From Vicugna vicugna (taxonomy: Eukaryota), in the NCBI GenBank assembly GCA_013265495.1, contig MU062233.1, forward strand, positions 7,842,554-7,906,553: a stretch of 64,000 nt of DNA. Direction: 5' to 3'. The notes under the pieces are model-generated. The model did not search any database. It was not told where the DNA came from and saw only the letters and a list, made by a program, of their open reading frames with translations. Position numbers and translations under genes: made by a program. Positions 52,601 through 64,000 of this stretch are shown one piece after another (within the stretch, counting starts at the first letter, position 1; each line of letters opens with the position of its first letter).

Positions 52601-55600
52601 TCTGCAGCCTTTGTTGGTGGTGTACACCCGCATCCAGCTCGGCCTGGAGATTCTGCTGCTTCCGCCACTGTGCCTGCAGCCCGGCTGGGTCCCGCCAGCC
52701 CTCTTCCAGGGCCACCAGGTTCTTCTCCCTCAGCCATGTGGCCACCTGGGCACACAGGGAGGACCAGGCTCTGCTGCCTAGGGTGCTTGTCCACCTCACC
52801 TCTGGGCTGCCCCGGGGAAGGGTGGCTTTTTCCTGGGGCAACTCCTTCCCCACCAAGCACAACCACTCCCCACTCCAACCAAGGAGAACCTCGTAGAAAT
52901 CCTGCAGGAAAGCCTGCAGCTGCCTGAGCTCCTCCAGCTGGCGGTGACGGGTCCTGGCTCGCTCCAGGAGTGCCTCTTTCCTGCCGGAAGGAGGGTGTCA
53001 GGGGCCTCAGGTCTTTTCACTGGGACCTGGAGCTGCTACGGGGATGAGTGTGCACACATACACACATGCGTGCACATGCGTGCCCTTCCAGCCCTTCTTG
53101 TGGATCAATATACCCTGAGTCTGGGCTTTCCTTTGTTTCTTTAATTTTTTTTTTTTAGGTGGGGGGAGGTAATTGGGTTTACTTATTTCGAGGAGTTACT
53201 GGGGGTTGAACCCAGGACCTCACGCAAGACCATGCATGCTAAGCATACGCTCTACCGCTTGATCTATACCCCACCCCTGGGCTTTCCTTTGAAATAGAGA
53301 CACACCCTACTTCCCCTCTTCATTAGTGCCTGTTATGGGCTGAATTGTGTCCCCGCAGATTCTTAGGTTGAAGTCCGAATCCTCAGTATGTCAGAATGTG
53401 ACTGTTTTTGAAGATAAGGTCTTTAAAGAAGTAATTAAGTTAAAATGAGGTCATTAGGTTGGGCCCTAATCTGATACAAAGGGTGTCCTTATAAGAAGGG
53501 ATAAGCACACAGGCACACACACACAGGGACAGACCGTGTGAAGGCAAGGAGTGAGGCCTCAGGAGAAACCAGCGCTGCTGACATCTTGATCTTGGGATTT
53601 CTAGCCTCCAGAATTATGAGAAATAAACTTCTCTTGTTTAAGCCACCCAGTCTGCGATATTTTGTTATGGCAGCCCTAGCAAACTAATTCAGTGTCTACA
53701 TCACTTTTTTGATCAGACACTGCTATTAGTGCGACTTCGTTGGGATGTATTTGTAAGTGTGCGTGTGTGTATATTTGTACTGATTTATATATGTGTGTAC
53801 TTCTGTACAAATATAGTAAGTCCATTGCCATATGCGCAAAAATAGACATCAGAAGTGAGATCTATTAAAGAGGAAAAGAAGTTCTAACACCCCTCACCCT
53901 CACCCCACCAGGGTGCACACACACCTCCCACCAGTGTAGCCCCGACGCTGGCGTTAGTGGGAATGCTTGTGTCCTCCTGCTGGGGCTGCCAAAGGGGGCT
54001 GGGGGCAGGGGAGATGCAGAGTCTTGATGGAATGAAAATGGCTTCAGAGGATGCCAGGAGCCTGAGAGGGAGGGGGTAGGGTGGCACTGTCCTGGGGGGC
54101 AGCCAGGTCTGCCAGGAACTACCTAAGGGGACTAGGGGGAGGGAGTGTTGACAGAGACCAGCACACCAACGTTTGCCATCTGTCAGTCAAAGACCTCAGG
54201 TAGCCAGGTGGGGTCCACCTGCAGGGAAGAGGAGGGGGTGGCCTCCAGGGCTCCAGCACAGGAGCCACAAGCATTGTGGGCCTTGGTGGGCTCTCTGGGA
54301 AGGAGGGAGACCCCTGCCAATCTGAGATCTGGCTTTTGGCCAAATATGCCTTGGTCTGAGGGGCTGGACGGGGCAGCTGAACCAGATGGGATTTTACGAG
54401 GGAAAAAGGCAGAGCTCATAGCTACGCCAGCTTCAGTTACATGAGCATAAGAAATCTGCCAAGTGACTGTCAGGCACTGCGTCAGGACATCAAGGGTCCC
54501 TTTCCCATCCTCACCACAACCCTAAGAGGCAGGTACTGTTACCCCCTCATGGTAGACATGAGACTCCATGAGAAATTTGCCACAAGTCCCACCATGGGTG
54601 GGCAGCACAGAAACTCAGCTGTCTAACGACTGTGCTCTGGTATCGCCATCCCATGAGGTCATCTCTCTCTCAGTTTCTCACTATATGCTGCTCTGTAAAA
54701 GTCCCTTTTATCTTAGCTGGGTGACCATGTGCTGTGTGACTCAGCAGGCTGACACACTGCAGGGCCAGGAGTGGTGGGGTCCTGGCATCCAACCTCAGCA
54801 CCCGGAAAATGCTGGGAGCCCAGGCTAACAGGCAGAAGAGCCGGGCAAGAGCCAGACATTCGTGCCAGCCCACCCACCACCCCTTAGCCCCAGAGCCGCT
54901 GTACCTCAGGAGCATGGCCTGGCACCGGCCCAGGGCGCCCTGGGCCTCGGGCTGTCCACCCTGGAGCAGGCTGCGGGTGGCGGCCTCCAGCGCGCTGATC
55001 TTGTCGGCCCGTGCCTCCAGCTCCCGTTCGTGCATCTTGTGCTTCCACAGCAGGGTCTCCACGTTGGCCGGGGAGTCCTGGGGATTGATGCTGTCCACAG
55101 GGCTGCCCCTCCTCCTCCCAAGCTATCTGCTTTCCCACCTAAACCATCTGATCAAACACATCCCCCGAATCCCTCCAGGCCGTATCTGGCTTTAGGGCAG
55201 TGATTCTCAACCAAGCATGGGTCAAGAGTCAGAATTTCCAGAGCAGGTGGAGCTTCTCCACATAACAGGGACACCCCCTCCTCTGCACTCCCAGTAAGGC
55301 TATGTCAGCACAGGGCGAGTCAGCCCTGATTATTCTCTGAGCGCCCTCATGGGTCAGGCCCTCCTGCCACAGAGCTTGGGACGGTGGTGGGAAAAACAAA
55401 CATCTGGGTGTAAGGAAGTAAGAAGGGCAGAGGTGAGAAGCATGTTGGGAAGGAGGCAAGAATGTGTCCAGGGCCACACACTCACCCTCCAAGCTCCCAC
55501 GGCACCTCCTGGTGCACAACCGTCACCAGTGATGGATGGGTAAGCAACTGCTTGTGGTTGAGGGCTGGGAGATGCCCTTGGCCTGGGAGCTCAGGCAGCA

Positions 55601-58600
55601 CTGTCTGCCTTGATCTCTAATGCTGCTCTTGCAAACCCTCCCTCACTCTTGCTGGGCACCTACCCCTAGACCCTCACTGGCTGGGCAGTCTTCCTGGCTG
55701 CAGAGCCAATGTTCCATCTGCTCCACAGAGCTCAGAACTAGCTGTTGAAAAAGAAAAGGAAAAAGGCAAGAGGAAGTGAGCAGAGGGTTCAGGGAGAGTG
55801 AGCCTGTTGGGGTTCCCAGTGGGGAAACCAGGCTGCTGGGGCCTGGCTTAACAGAACGAGCCCACAGCAGGAAGACTTGCAGCGCACGAGCTGAGTGGTG
55901 CGTGGTAGGTGGTGGGAAAAGCCCCTGGTACAGCAGTCTCTCTGGCTTTGGCTTTGACCAGGGGCAGTGGGTTTAGCATAGGCCTCACGGGTGGAGTTGG
56001 GATGAAGGCTGCCTACCTGCAGCTCCAAAGCCTGCTGCAGCTGGAGCTGGTGCTCCTGCCAGGCCCGTTCCAGGCTGTTCAGCTCCTGGTCTAAACCAGC
56101 CAGGGCCTGGCGGATGTCGGGGGTGGCTGGGTGCCCGGTGGCAAGCAGTTGCTGCCCGGTGCTTCGGGCCAGGCTGATGCTGTCTGTTCGGGAGTCCAGC
56201 TCGGCCTGTAAGAGGACTGGGCTCAGATCCCAGAGGCTGAGGCTCCCTGAGTGGGAGGGAAGAGGCCCAGTGGGAAGGAGGAGAGGTGGGGAAGACAGCT
56301 GAGGGGGTTAGGGTGGAAGAGGTGAAAGGCAGAGGCAGCTGATACAGAAAGAACCCAAGAGAAAATTGGGATCACAGCAAAGGGGAGGCCAGGGAGGACG
56401 TGAGATCCCAAGAAAGGCCCCGGGGCCTGGGCTGTTCACCTTGCACTCCTGCTGTTCCTGCAGCATGTGCTGGACCTCCGCAAGGCTGCGTGGGGTGCTT
56501 CGGGCATCCATGTCAGCTCGCAGCCTCTGGGCCCAGACCAGCAATTCCTGCAGCATTGCCTGCAGCTTCTGAGCTTGGTGCAAGGCATCCAGCGAGTCCT
56601 TCCTGTCCACCAGGGTCATTAGCTAGTCCCAGGGCCTCCGAGCCCCTCTTTCCCCCTGTGCCCACAGGTGCCTTCTCTCCCTGAATCCCTTCAGCCAAAG
56701 AAAGGGCCCATGGGCTGGGAATTAATATGGTGACAATACAGATGGTTATTGGAAGGACAGAGGAAGACTCTTAGGGGCAGTCTGGGGACTGGGCTGCTGC
56801 AGGGGACGGGTCCACGAGGGCAGTGAGGGAAAGAGGCCCCAGGGCTTGTACCGCTTCTGGGCCCTGCTCCGGAGCTGCCACCAGCTGTCCATCATCTCCT
56901 GCTGCTTGAGGCTGAGGCTGTGGGCTGCCCCAGGGCTTCTCTGGCAGAGACGGCCCACCTCACGCTCTAGGGGCTGTGTGGGAAGCTAGGGTCAGGGGCT
57001 GGGGCAGGGAGGCAGGTTGTGCTCAGGGGAGCCCCAGCTGCAGGAGGCCCCAGCCTGTGGTGTGCAGCTGAGTGGATCTGGCTGGCTCTTGAGGTCCTGA
57101 CCCCCACCCTGCCGCCACATGCCTGCCCAGGGTCCCACAGCGGAGGTCCCCTGGGCCCGGGCCCACCTCCGCACCCAGCTGCACACCTCCACTTGTTCCT
57201 GGATGAGGCCCATTTCCTGCTCCACCTGCTTGTGTTTCCACATCAGCCTCTGCACACCATCCAGATGTTTCCCGTAGTCCAGGGTCTGGACCAGGGTGGC
57301 CTGGAGAGGAATGGGGTGTTACCAGTGGCCTTTGCTTCAGCTCCTCCCTCATGGCAGATGGGTCACTGGCAACAGGGTTTCTGTGTGGGAAGCAAGCGCC
57401 CAGCCTGATTCCCTTCTCAGTGTCCTCCGTGGGCTGGAGCAGGACGCTGACCCTGACCAGAGGGCCCTTCCTTTTGTGAAGGGGGAAGATTCCCAGGAGG
57501 GACTTGAGCTGGAGTTAGTACCCTCCACCGGTGGTGCCTCCACATGCATTGTCTCACTTGCTCTCGTTCCTCTGCGAGGACTGTGCACGGACTGGCCTGG
57601 CTGAGGCAGGAACCAGAGGGGCGGTAGGAACAGCTGGCAAGAGCCCTTGCGTGCCCAGAACAGGGCACCACCTGCTTCCTGGGGGGCTTCTCAGGCTGCA
57701 GACCACTCTTCCACTCCGGCCTCTGCCAGCACCTAGGCCATGTTTCTCTGTGGCTGCTGACACAATCCCCGGGCAAACCTCCTGTGGGTTCTGGCCTTGC
57801 TCAGGGACAACAGAGGAAACAGTATGTGGTGGGGGGTCCTCTGGCCTCCGGACACAGTGCTTCTGAGGGAGAAAGGAGCCAGGTGGGCCAGCCTCCGAGC
57901 ATGCAATGGGGGCTTCTAGGTCCAGAGTTGACCCCGAGAGCTCCTGGAAGACCCCCTGATGGCCCCCTGGCGGGACGTGCCTCCCAGTACCCAGCTGAAG
58001 AGGAGAGGCGGATGAGGGGAGAGATGCAGAGACTCAGGCGGCACTGGCTCCCGGGCTGAACCGGCTTTTCCATCGCTTACCTTCTCCCTAATCAGCTCAG
58101 TGATGTCACCTAGCTTTTGGGACAATGCATGTATCTCCAGAGCTCCTTCAAGCTGCTGCTGGTACCGGAGCAGGTTGCCATGGAAACTGTTCCACCTGGC
58201 AGAGAGGGTGTAAGGCTGAGTCTGAGGTGGCCCTCCAGCCCGTCTCCAGCCCCGTCTCCAGCCCCTCTGCTTCCGGCTCAGAGACTGGCCTGCTGTTGAG
58301 CTGGTGTCGCCGCTGGCAGATGGTCTTGACTTGCTCGGGGTCCCGGTTCTTGAGCTGTAGTGACAAGTCGTTGATAATCCTGATGCGGGCGTCATCCACC
58401 GTGTCCTGTGGGGGGTGCAGGGTGAGGGCATTGGCAGCACCCACTCTGAGACCCTTCTCTGCACTGCAGTCAGCACTTGGAGGGTTTGCTTGGTCCCAGA
58501 AGAGCATGAGGAATAACATGTCTGGGGAGTGGAGGCAGCTGCTGCTTCAGCTGTGGACAGCCCACCCCATGCCGGGTGCAGTGAGGAAGATCCACTTGGG

Positions 58601-61600
58601 GATTGTAGCCCCAGGGCTGTCTCTAAGGCTGGAAAAAATGCTCCCCAGGTCAGGACCAGGCAGGAGGGAGAAGGCAGGCATGCACAGAGGAACAGAAGCT
58701 TTCAAAGTTGTAATGAAGCTTCTCAGGATAAGAAAAGCAAAGAATGTGTAGAAGGAAATGGTGAGTGCCAGCCCCCTGGGGTTTGGGTGTCCCCACCCCT
58801 GGGAGTCACCGGGCCTCGGCTGCCACTGCTTAGACACTGGGTGGGGCTCCTGGGTACATGGGGAGGGGGTCTGTGGCACTGGGTGGGATGGCAGGCATCC
58901 TTCCGCTGTAAAAGCATCTTGCATTGGTCTGCGTTTTCACAGCACTTCCCAATAGGTGTCTCAGACGGGGTGGGCAGGGAAGGGGGTTGCTCTCTCTTAC
59001 AGAAGCCAGAGCAGAGCTCAGAGGCTAACATGGTGAACTTATGGCACAGGCAGGACTCAAGCCCAGCTCCTCAAGTGTATCTAATGCTCTTCTTACTACG
59101 GCATCTGGCACAGTGGCTGCGAAATTCCACCATTAGCAAAGGCTATCTTAGATCAGAGCATTGCAGCTTTTAAAAAGTCATACATACTTACCTCAGGGGG
59201 TGAAGTTGGCGTGTTTAGGCTCTAACATTTGATTCTGAAACATTTACCCAATTTCTTTCCTCTATACCTTATAAGGAAAATAGATTTTTGGATTGTGTGT
59301 CTGGGGTAGGGGGGTGAGCAGGTGCTGAGGTGCTGAACGAGCAGCTGCAGTTTTTTGATTGTCCACTACGCCCAGACGTGTGTGTTCCTTATTTTAAAAT
59401 TTTGAAATAATTGCAGATGCACATGAAATTGCAAAAGTAGTACAGAGAAGTCCCATGTCGCCTTCACCCAGCTACCCACGATGGTTAACATCCTATGTAA
59501 CTGCAGTACAATATGAAAACCAGGACACTGACTTCAGTACAAATGTTAACTAAACTACAGACTTCATTCAGACTTCATCAGTTTCTACATGCACACATCT
59601 GTGTGTGTGGGTGGCATAGTTCTAGGCAGTTTTATTATATATACAGATTCGTGTAACCACCACCATCACACATACAGGCTCCCTTACCTATGAGGTAAGC
59701 AGTAGCCCCATTTTAAAGATGAAGAAACTGAGGCTCAGAGAGGTGAGGGCACCTGCCTAAGCATGTGCAGGTTGTAAGCGCAAAGCCAACACGAGAGTTC
59801 ACATCTGGCCCCAAAGCCCGTGCTCAGTCACTGCTCTGAGCTGCATTTCCCAATGCGGGGATGCACTGGCCTACCTCTCCCCAGCGGGGCCCCCTTACCC
59901 CGGCCCAGACTCCTGGCAACTTGTGGAGCTGCCTGCGGAGCTGCAGGCAGTGCTCAAGGTCCTGGCCCAGGTCGCCGATGTCCACCGTCACCTCCTGTGG
60001 AGGCCAAGTGTCTGGAAGGCTGCACTCTGAGCATCCGGGCCCAGGTGCACCCAGCCCTCAGGCACCCAGCTGCTGGGGCAGTGTAGGGGCAGGTGGAGGC
60101 TTTGGGAACTTCTTGCTGGGGCTCCCTCCTATCAGGCAGGGAGCTGCAGGCCTGGGGCTCCCTCCCCAACCTGTCAGCCCCACAGCCCCACCCTGGCTCT
60201 GTCCTTGTTCAGCTGGGTCTCACCATCTCCTGGATCCAGGCCTCTGCACCATCTACTCTCTGCAGGAATTCCAAGAAGTTCCGCTTGTCCTCTAGGTCCC
60301 GGCCCCGGAGAGCCACCGTCTGTCTCAGCTTCTCCCAGTGCTCCTGCAACTCCCGCAGCTTCTGGGAGACCTCTCCCGCCCAAGGGTGGCTTTGTGCTAG
60401 GAGAGCCTCGCCCTCCTGGGAAGAGAGGGGACACTAAGAGATCTTGCCTGTCACCCTTTCTCTTGCTTGCTTTTTCTCCCTCACAGGCTCCCAGGCCCCN
60501 NNNNNNNNNNNNNNNNNNNNNNNNNNNNNNNNNNNNNNNNNNNNNNNNNNNNNNNNNNNNNNNNNNNNCCGCCTCAGACCTTTCCCTTTGGCCTTCCTAG
60601 AGTCTTCCCTCTGGGGCAGGGTGGGGCTAAGGGCCTGGCTGTTACCTTGGCAACAGAGGTTATGACCTCTTCATGGGCCTGGACCTCAGCCTCAAAGGCC
60701 TGGTGTTTCGGCAGGTGCCTCAAGTTATCTTTCAAGTCCCCAGGAGGGACTGGCTCTTTTAGCCACTGGATTCGCTCCTGGATCCAGTCCTCAGCCTGGC
60801 AGGGGTGGGGACATGAATCTCATGATGCTGATGCTGCCTCAGTTCAGAGACATCCCCCACGCCTGCCCTCAGCCATGCCCAGGTAGCTGACTGCTGGGCT
60901 GGGCAGTGTCCGGTAAATGAGATTCAATGGTTTGAGCCCAGGAAGACACCCCCAGGCCCAGCTGGTCCCCCAGCCACAGGAAAGGGCTGAGCAGGGACCT
61001 TGGGTGGGATCTCATTTTGGAGGTACAGCTTGTCTGTCCTAGGTTCCTAGACTGCTCTGCTCCCCCTCAGCACCTATGTTCTGGCTCTTCAAGAGCTTAG
61101 GAAGCAGAGGGGTCTCCACACACAGGGTCTTCAAATCAAATGTTCTGGGCTCCAGTATGGCCTCTGGGAAAGTCATTTAACTCTCCAAACTTCAGTGTCC
61201 TTATCACAGGGCTGTGGTGAGGCCTGAATGAGCCCTTGAAGGTGAACATCATTTGCAAACTGTAAAATGTGCCCAGGTGGAAGGCACTGGGCTGGGGTGG
61301 CCGTCTGACCTGGGTGGTGGCCCTGGTGAAGGCAGCCATCAGCAGGGAGGTGTGCAGGGTGTGTCCCCGGATCTCCGCCAGCTTCTTCACCATAGCCCGG
61401 TGCTCCAGCACTGTGTGGAGCATGTCCTGCGTCCTGGGGCCCCCGAGCATCTTTGCCTGCTCACACAGAGCTGCCTCCTGTGGGCAGGGTGGTGGGACGG
61501 GGGACACAGCCCACTGTTTACCATATAGGGGAGGCTGGAGCAGGGGCTGGCCCTGAGGAAAGCCCTGCCCTCAGCCCTGCGTGACCTAGGGCTGCCCAGT

Positions 61601-64000
61601 CCTCCCAGCACTACCCGCCAGCTCCCCAGTGACCATGTGATATGCAACCAACTGGCCTCTGTGTCCCTGCAGTGTGATTCACCCCATCCCAGGCCCTCCT
61701 CTTGTACCACACGCCCAACTCTGCACAGTCAGCCCCAACCAGGCTCCCCTAGCCCCACAGGCCACCCCCAGACATAAGCTTTACCTGTGGGTTCACACCA
61801 AGCACCCTGCATACCCCATTCAGAACTCTCCAAATTTCCCAGACTCCCACCACCCACCTCTGACCACATGCAGGACTCCCCGGACCCATTACCTTCTCAT
61901 CCTGGGCCATCAGCACCTTCTGGAAGGTCTTATGCTTGCTGATCAACTTCTCCACCTCTTCCACTGAGCTCCCCAGGGCACTGGTTTTCAGGATGACCTG
62001 GATCAACCCACAGAAAAGTCAAAGGGGCCATCAGGGACTATCCAGACAACCAGCCCCCCTCCCCATTTGCAGCCGTCTGGGCTGAGGCAGTGAACAGCCC
62101 CTGGGCTCTGAATCAGGGAAAAAACCAGAAGCCCCAGGAAGCAAGAGAGCGAGTGAGGGGGAGGGGAGAGAGGGAGGAGAGGGCCCTCTAGGAGGCAGGT
62201 ATGCCTATTCCAGGATGAGGGCACCTGCCTCCCAGGCTGTGAGGATCTGGTCCAGGTGGCCGCACTTTCTGAGGAAGAGCTGCTCCTGGTGCACGGCCTG
62301 CAGCCTCTCTTGCTTTTGCTCCCAGGCCTGGAACACCTGCTCTCGCTTGTCCCTCAGGGCTCGCAGCCCTTCCTGGACCTGGGGATGGGCAGTGGGGGAA
62401 GCCTGCGCTCAGGAGAGCCACGTGGACCAGACAGAAGTGGATGCTGAGGGAAGCCTCTGAGGAGAGGCTGGTGTGGCACAGCGGGGCAGGGTGTGAGCAC
62501 AGTTGTCAGGCGCAGGCTTGGCCAGGATAGGCTGAGGGGGCACTAGACAAGGGGGCCCACCTCCTTGCCGGATGTCCCGGCAGCCAGAAGCGCCTGCTGG
62601 CCCAGCTGGGCGGCGCGCTGGTACAGCTCCTCCTGGGCCTCCAGCTCTGCCCGAAGCTGGTGGTGGGTGCTGAGCTTTAGCAGGCTGCTGCTGGGCTCCT
62701 GGGAGCTCTCCTCCACCTGCAGCTCCTGCCACATGCTGGTCACCCAAGAGGTGTAGTCCTGCACCTGGATCCCAGGGAGACAGAGGGAGAGAGTGGGGTG
62801 CAGGCTGGGATGGGCTGGGTGGCAGAGAACAAGGCTCTGAGGCACCACGACAGCCCACGTGGATCCACGCACGTACTGGAGTGGCCCCAAGGCGTCCCAG
62901 GTCAGAGCCACAGGTGAGGGCCCTGGGTCACCTGGTTCCCTTGCTGCCATCCAACTCAGTGCTCCCAGGTCCACTAAACTTCCACAGGTGCCAAGACCAG
63001 CCTCCTCCTCACCCACACCGAGACTTCTCTCCATTCTTTACTTTCACTGCCTTTCTTGCTTAGAAGTTCTTCTCCTGCCTTCCATCCCTTCCAAGTGCAC
63101 ACATTCATCTAGGGCCGAGGCCTTCTTTGCCTCATGAAGCCTTCCCTGGCCCCGACTTGACTTGTCCTCTGAATCTCCAGTTCAACACTCACAAGTGGCC
63201 TTCTACCGATTTGTGTGCAAACGCATGCTAGAGCTGGAAGAGCCTCGAAGCCTTGTCCAAAATCATTGCACAGATGAAGAAGGGTAAATGGCACAACATG
63301 TGTGCGAGAGTTTTGAAACCTCCAAGCGCTCACACACAGTGGATAACAAGCTAGGGGTAAGTGCCTTGCTCGAGCCCACGCTGCTAGGAAGTGGCAGAGC
63401 TAGGTCTCTAAATGCAAGCCTTTCTGCAGTGTCACACTTTGGGCCTTGCAGTCTACCAGGCACTGGGACATGGGGACTCCTGGGAGAGCCCAGGGCCAGG
63501 CCTGCTGTCCGCATCTGACTCTCTGGGGTGTTGGGCTTATCTCCCAGCGAGACAGGCTCCCTGATGGCAGTTGTCCCATCTTTCATAGGCTCCATGTCAT
63601 CCTTCTCTCCCCACCCACAGCTCCTAGCAGAGAGCCTAACACAGAGGTTAAAAAGATGCCTGATCCAGAGGTCACTGTCTAGGACATTTGGGTCTCCAGT
63701 TACGGGCTTTCCTGGGCTGTTTTTCTCCCAAACTTTGGCTGGGACCCCTGTCTCCTGACTGTGCTGTCACTTACCTGGCCAGGCGGTGACCTAGACCTAA
63801 GGAGTCACTGCTGGGACCCATGCTCAGCCCTCTGACCAGCCAGATGGACATCGCACGTGTCTACACTCGTCTTCCATCTGGAGCTGGAGGGCCTCATTAT
63901 TGCTTGCACACTCATGGTGCAACACAGACATGCACGCACACATACACACATGCTGCCCTGGGGAATGATGGCTCACCGCTGTGTGGAAGCGGGCCAGGAG
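46608..64000 (-). CDS. SPTBN5: SPTBN5 (spectrin beta V) spectrin-repeat rod, 5'-partial, 30 exons, frame-intact
   Basis: Minus-strand exons (plus coordinates): 63977-64000 (partial), 62561-62764, 62229-62378 (GC donor), 61893-61997, 61310-61477, 60646-60795, 60224-60415, 59899-59994, 58290-58405 (GC donor), 58081-58195, 57187-57300, 56852-56973, 56440-56602, 56017-56205, 55664-55741, 54905-55077, 52890-52980, 52599-52745, 51838-51975, 51500-51756, 51164-51350, 50738-50950, 50092-50288, 49767-49971, 49345-49539, 48044-48199, 47635-47852, 47276-47465, 46872-47048, 46608-46706. Total 4629 nt with no stop or frameshift. Spectrin-repeat peptides (e.g. FFRDADEELAWVREKLPLAASRDCGQSLSTVRHLQEKHQ) match recalled human SPTBN5. 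Confidence 0.93.
48275..48545 (-). mobile_element. L1 3' end fragment
   Basis: T-rich start, then AAGTATAGTTGGTGTACAATATTATATAGGTT...CCCCTCTCCCCTTCCCTCTCCCC.TGGTAACCA. Confidence 0.75.
50378..50548. mobile_element. MER5-family hAT MITE
   Basis: AGTGGTTCTCAGCCTGGCTG...GATTCTGATCTGGTCTGG...AAGAATCACTGG. Confidence 0.6.
52020..52200 (+). mobile_element. MIR
   Basis: CTGTGTGATTCTCAGGCAAGTTCCTTAACCTCTCTGAGCTCATTTTTC...ATAATGGAGACAATAG. Confidence 0.65.
52474..52514. repeat. 18-bp tandem duplication (CACTGAGACTTCGCCATC)x2 plus partial copy
   Basis: Two identical adjacent copies are directly visible. Confidence 0.9.
53136..53276 (-). mobile_element. tRNA-derived SINE, camelid Vic-1-like, with 15-bp TSD
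   Basis: Minus strand reads GGGGTGGGGTATAGATCAAGCGGTAGAGCGTATGCTTAGCATGC...GGTCCTGGGTTCAACCCCCAG...poly(A). A box (TAGATCAAGCGG) and B box (GGTTCAACCC) are present. TSD CTGGGCTTTCCTTTG at 53121-53135 and 53277-53291. Family name is from recall. Confidence 0.85.
53331..53691 (+). mobile_element. MaLR solo LTR (MLT1-like)
   Basis: Starts TGTTATGGGCTGAATTGTGTCCCC and ends CCCTAGCAAACTAATTCA. Internal AATAAA. Near-perfect 5-bp TSD (GTGCC / GTGTC). Confidence 0.85.
58233..58268. repeat. Short imperfect 11-12 bp tandem repeat (CTCCAGCCC[C]GT)x3
   Basis: Visible in the SPTBN5 intron next to the GC donor at 58288-58289. Confidence 0.75.
59390..59680 (-). mobile_element. Ancient L1 (L1MB/MC-type) 3' fragment
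   Basis: TTTTGAAATAATTGCAGATGCACATGAAATTGCAAAAGTAGTACAGAGAAGTCCCATG..CCTTCACCCAG. Confidence 0.7.
59680..59840 (-). mobile_element. MIR
   Basis: CCCCATTTTAAAGATGAAGAAACTGAGGCTCAGAGAGGTGAGGGCACCTGCCTAAG. Confidence 0.75.
60500..60568. other. Assembly gap (69 N), intronic in SPTBN5
   Basis: Run of N. The flanking exons join in phase 0 (..VAK|EGEALL..), so no exon appears to be missing. Confidence 0.9.

Noticed and set aside
53190-53276. tRNA-like sequence
   Set aside because: It is the head of a SINE (poly(A) tail, TSD, no complete cloverleaf), not a tRNA gene.
46608-64000. Whole-gene SPTBN5 pseudogene call
   Set aside because: No stop or frameshift in 1543 rod codons in the window, so it is not supported from what is visible. 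The 5' half of the gene lies outside the window.

Overview
Mammalian nuclear genomic DNA, probably from a camelid, judged from a Vic-1-like tRNA-derived SINE with a 15-bp target-site duplication at 53121-53291. The window is the block syntenic to human 15q15. It holds MAPKBP1 (+ strand, last 29 coding exons; the 5' exons lie upstream of the window), JMJD7 (+, complete, 316 aa) and PLA2G4B (+, complete, 783 aa). The 3' half of SPTBN5 (beta-V spectrin) runs convergently on the - strand. I reconstructed exons by hand from splice signals, phase continuity and recalled similarity to the human proteins; no database search was run. Most entries in the six-frame ORF track are GC-rich noise. The most interesting signal is in SPTBN5: 30 spectrin-repeat exons (4629 nt) are frame-intact, but the C-terminal PH-domain region shows a lost splice donor, an in-frame TAG, loss of the hallmark PH tryptophans and small in-frame indels. 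A candidate replacement donor would bypass the stop in frame. This suggests lineage-specific decay or remodelling of the PH domain, which needs read-level confirmation because the assembly is a draft with two N gaps. Other points: the in-frame JMJD7-PLA2G4B read-through junction is conserved, JMJD7 uses a MIR-derived poly(A) signal, MAPKBP1 has an 18-nt microexon, three GC-AG introns are needed to keep frame, and one MAPKBP1 exon is hidden in an assembly gap. I see no prokaryote-type system (CRISPR, operon, phage).
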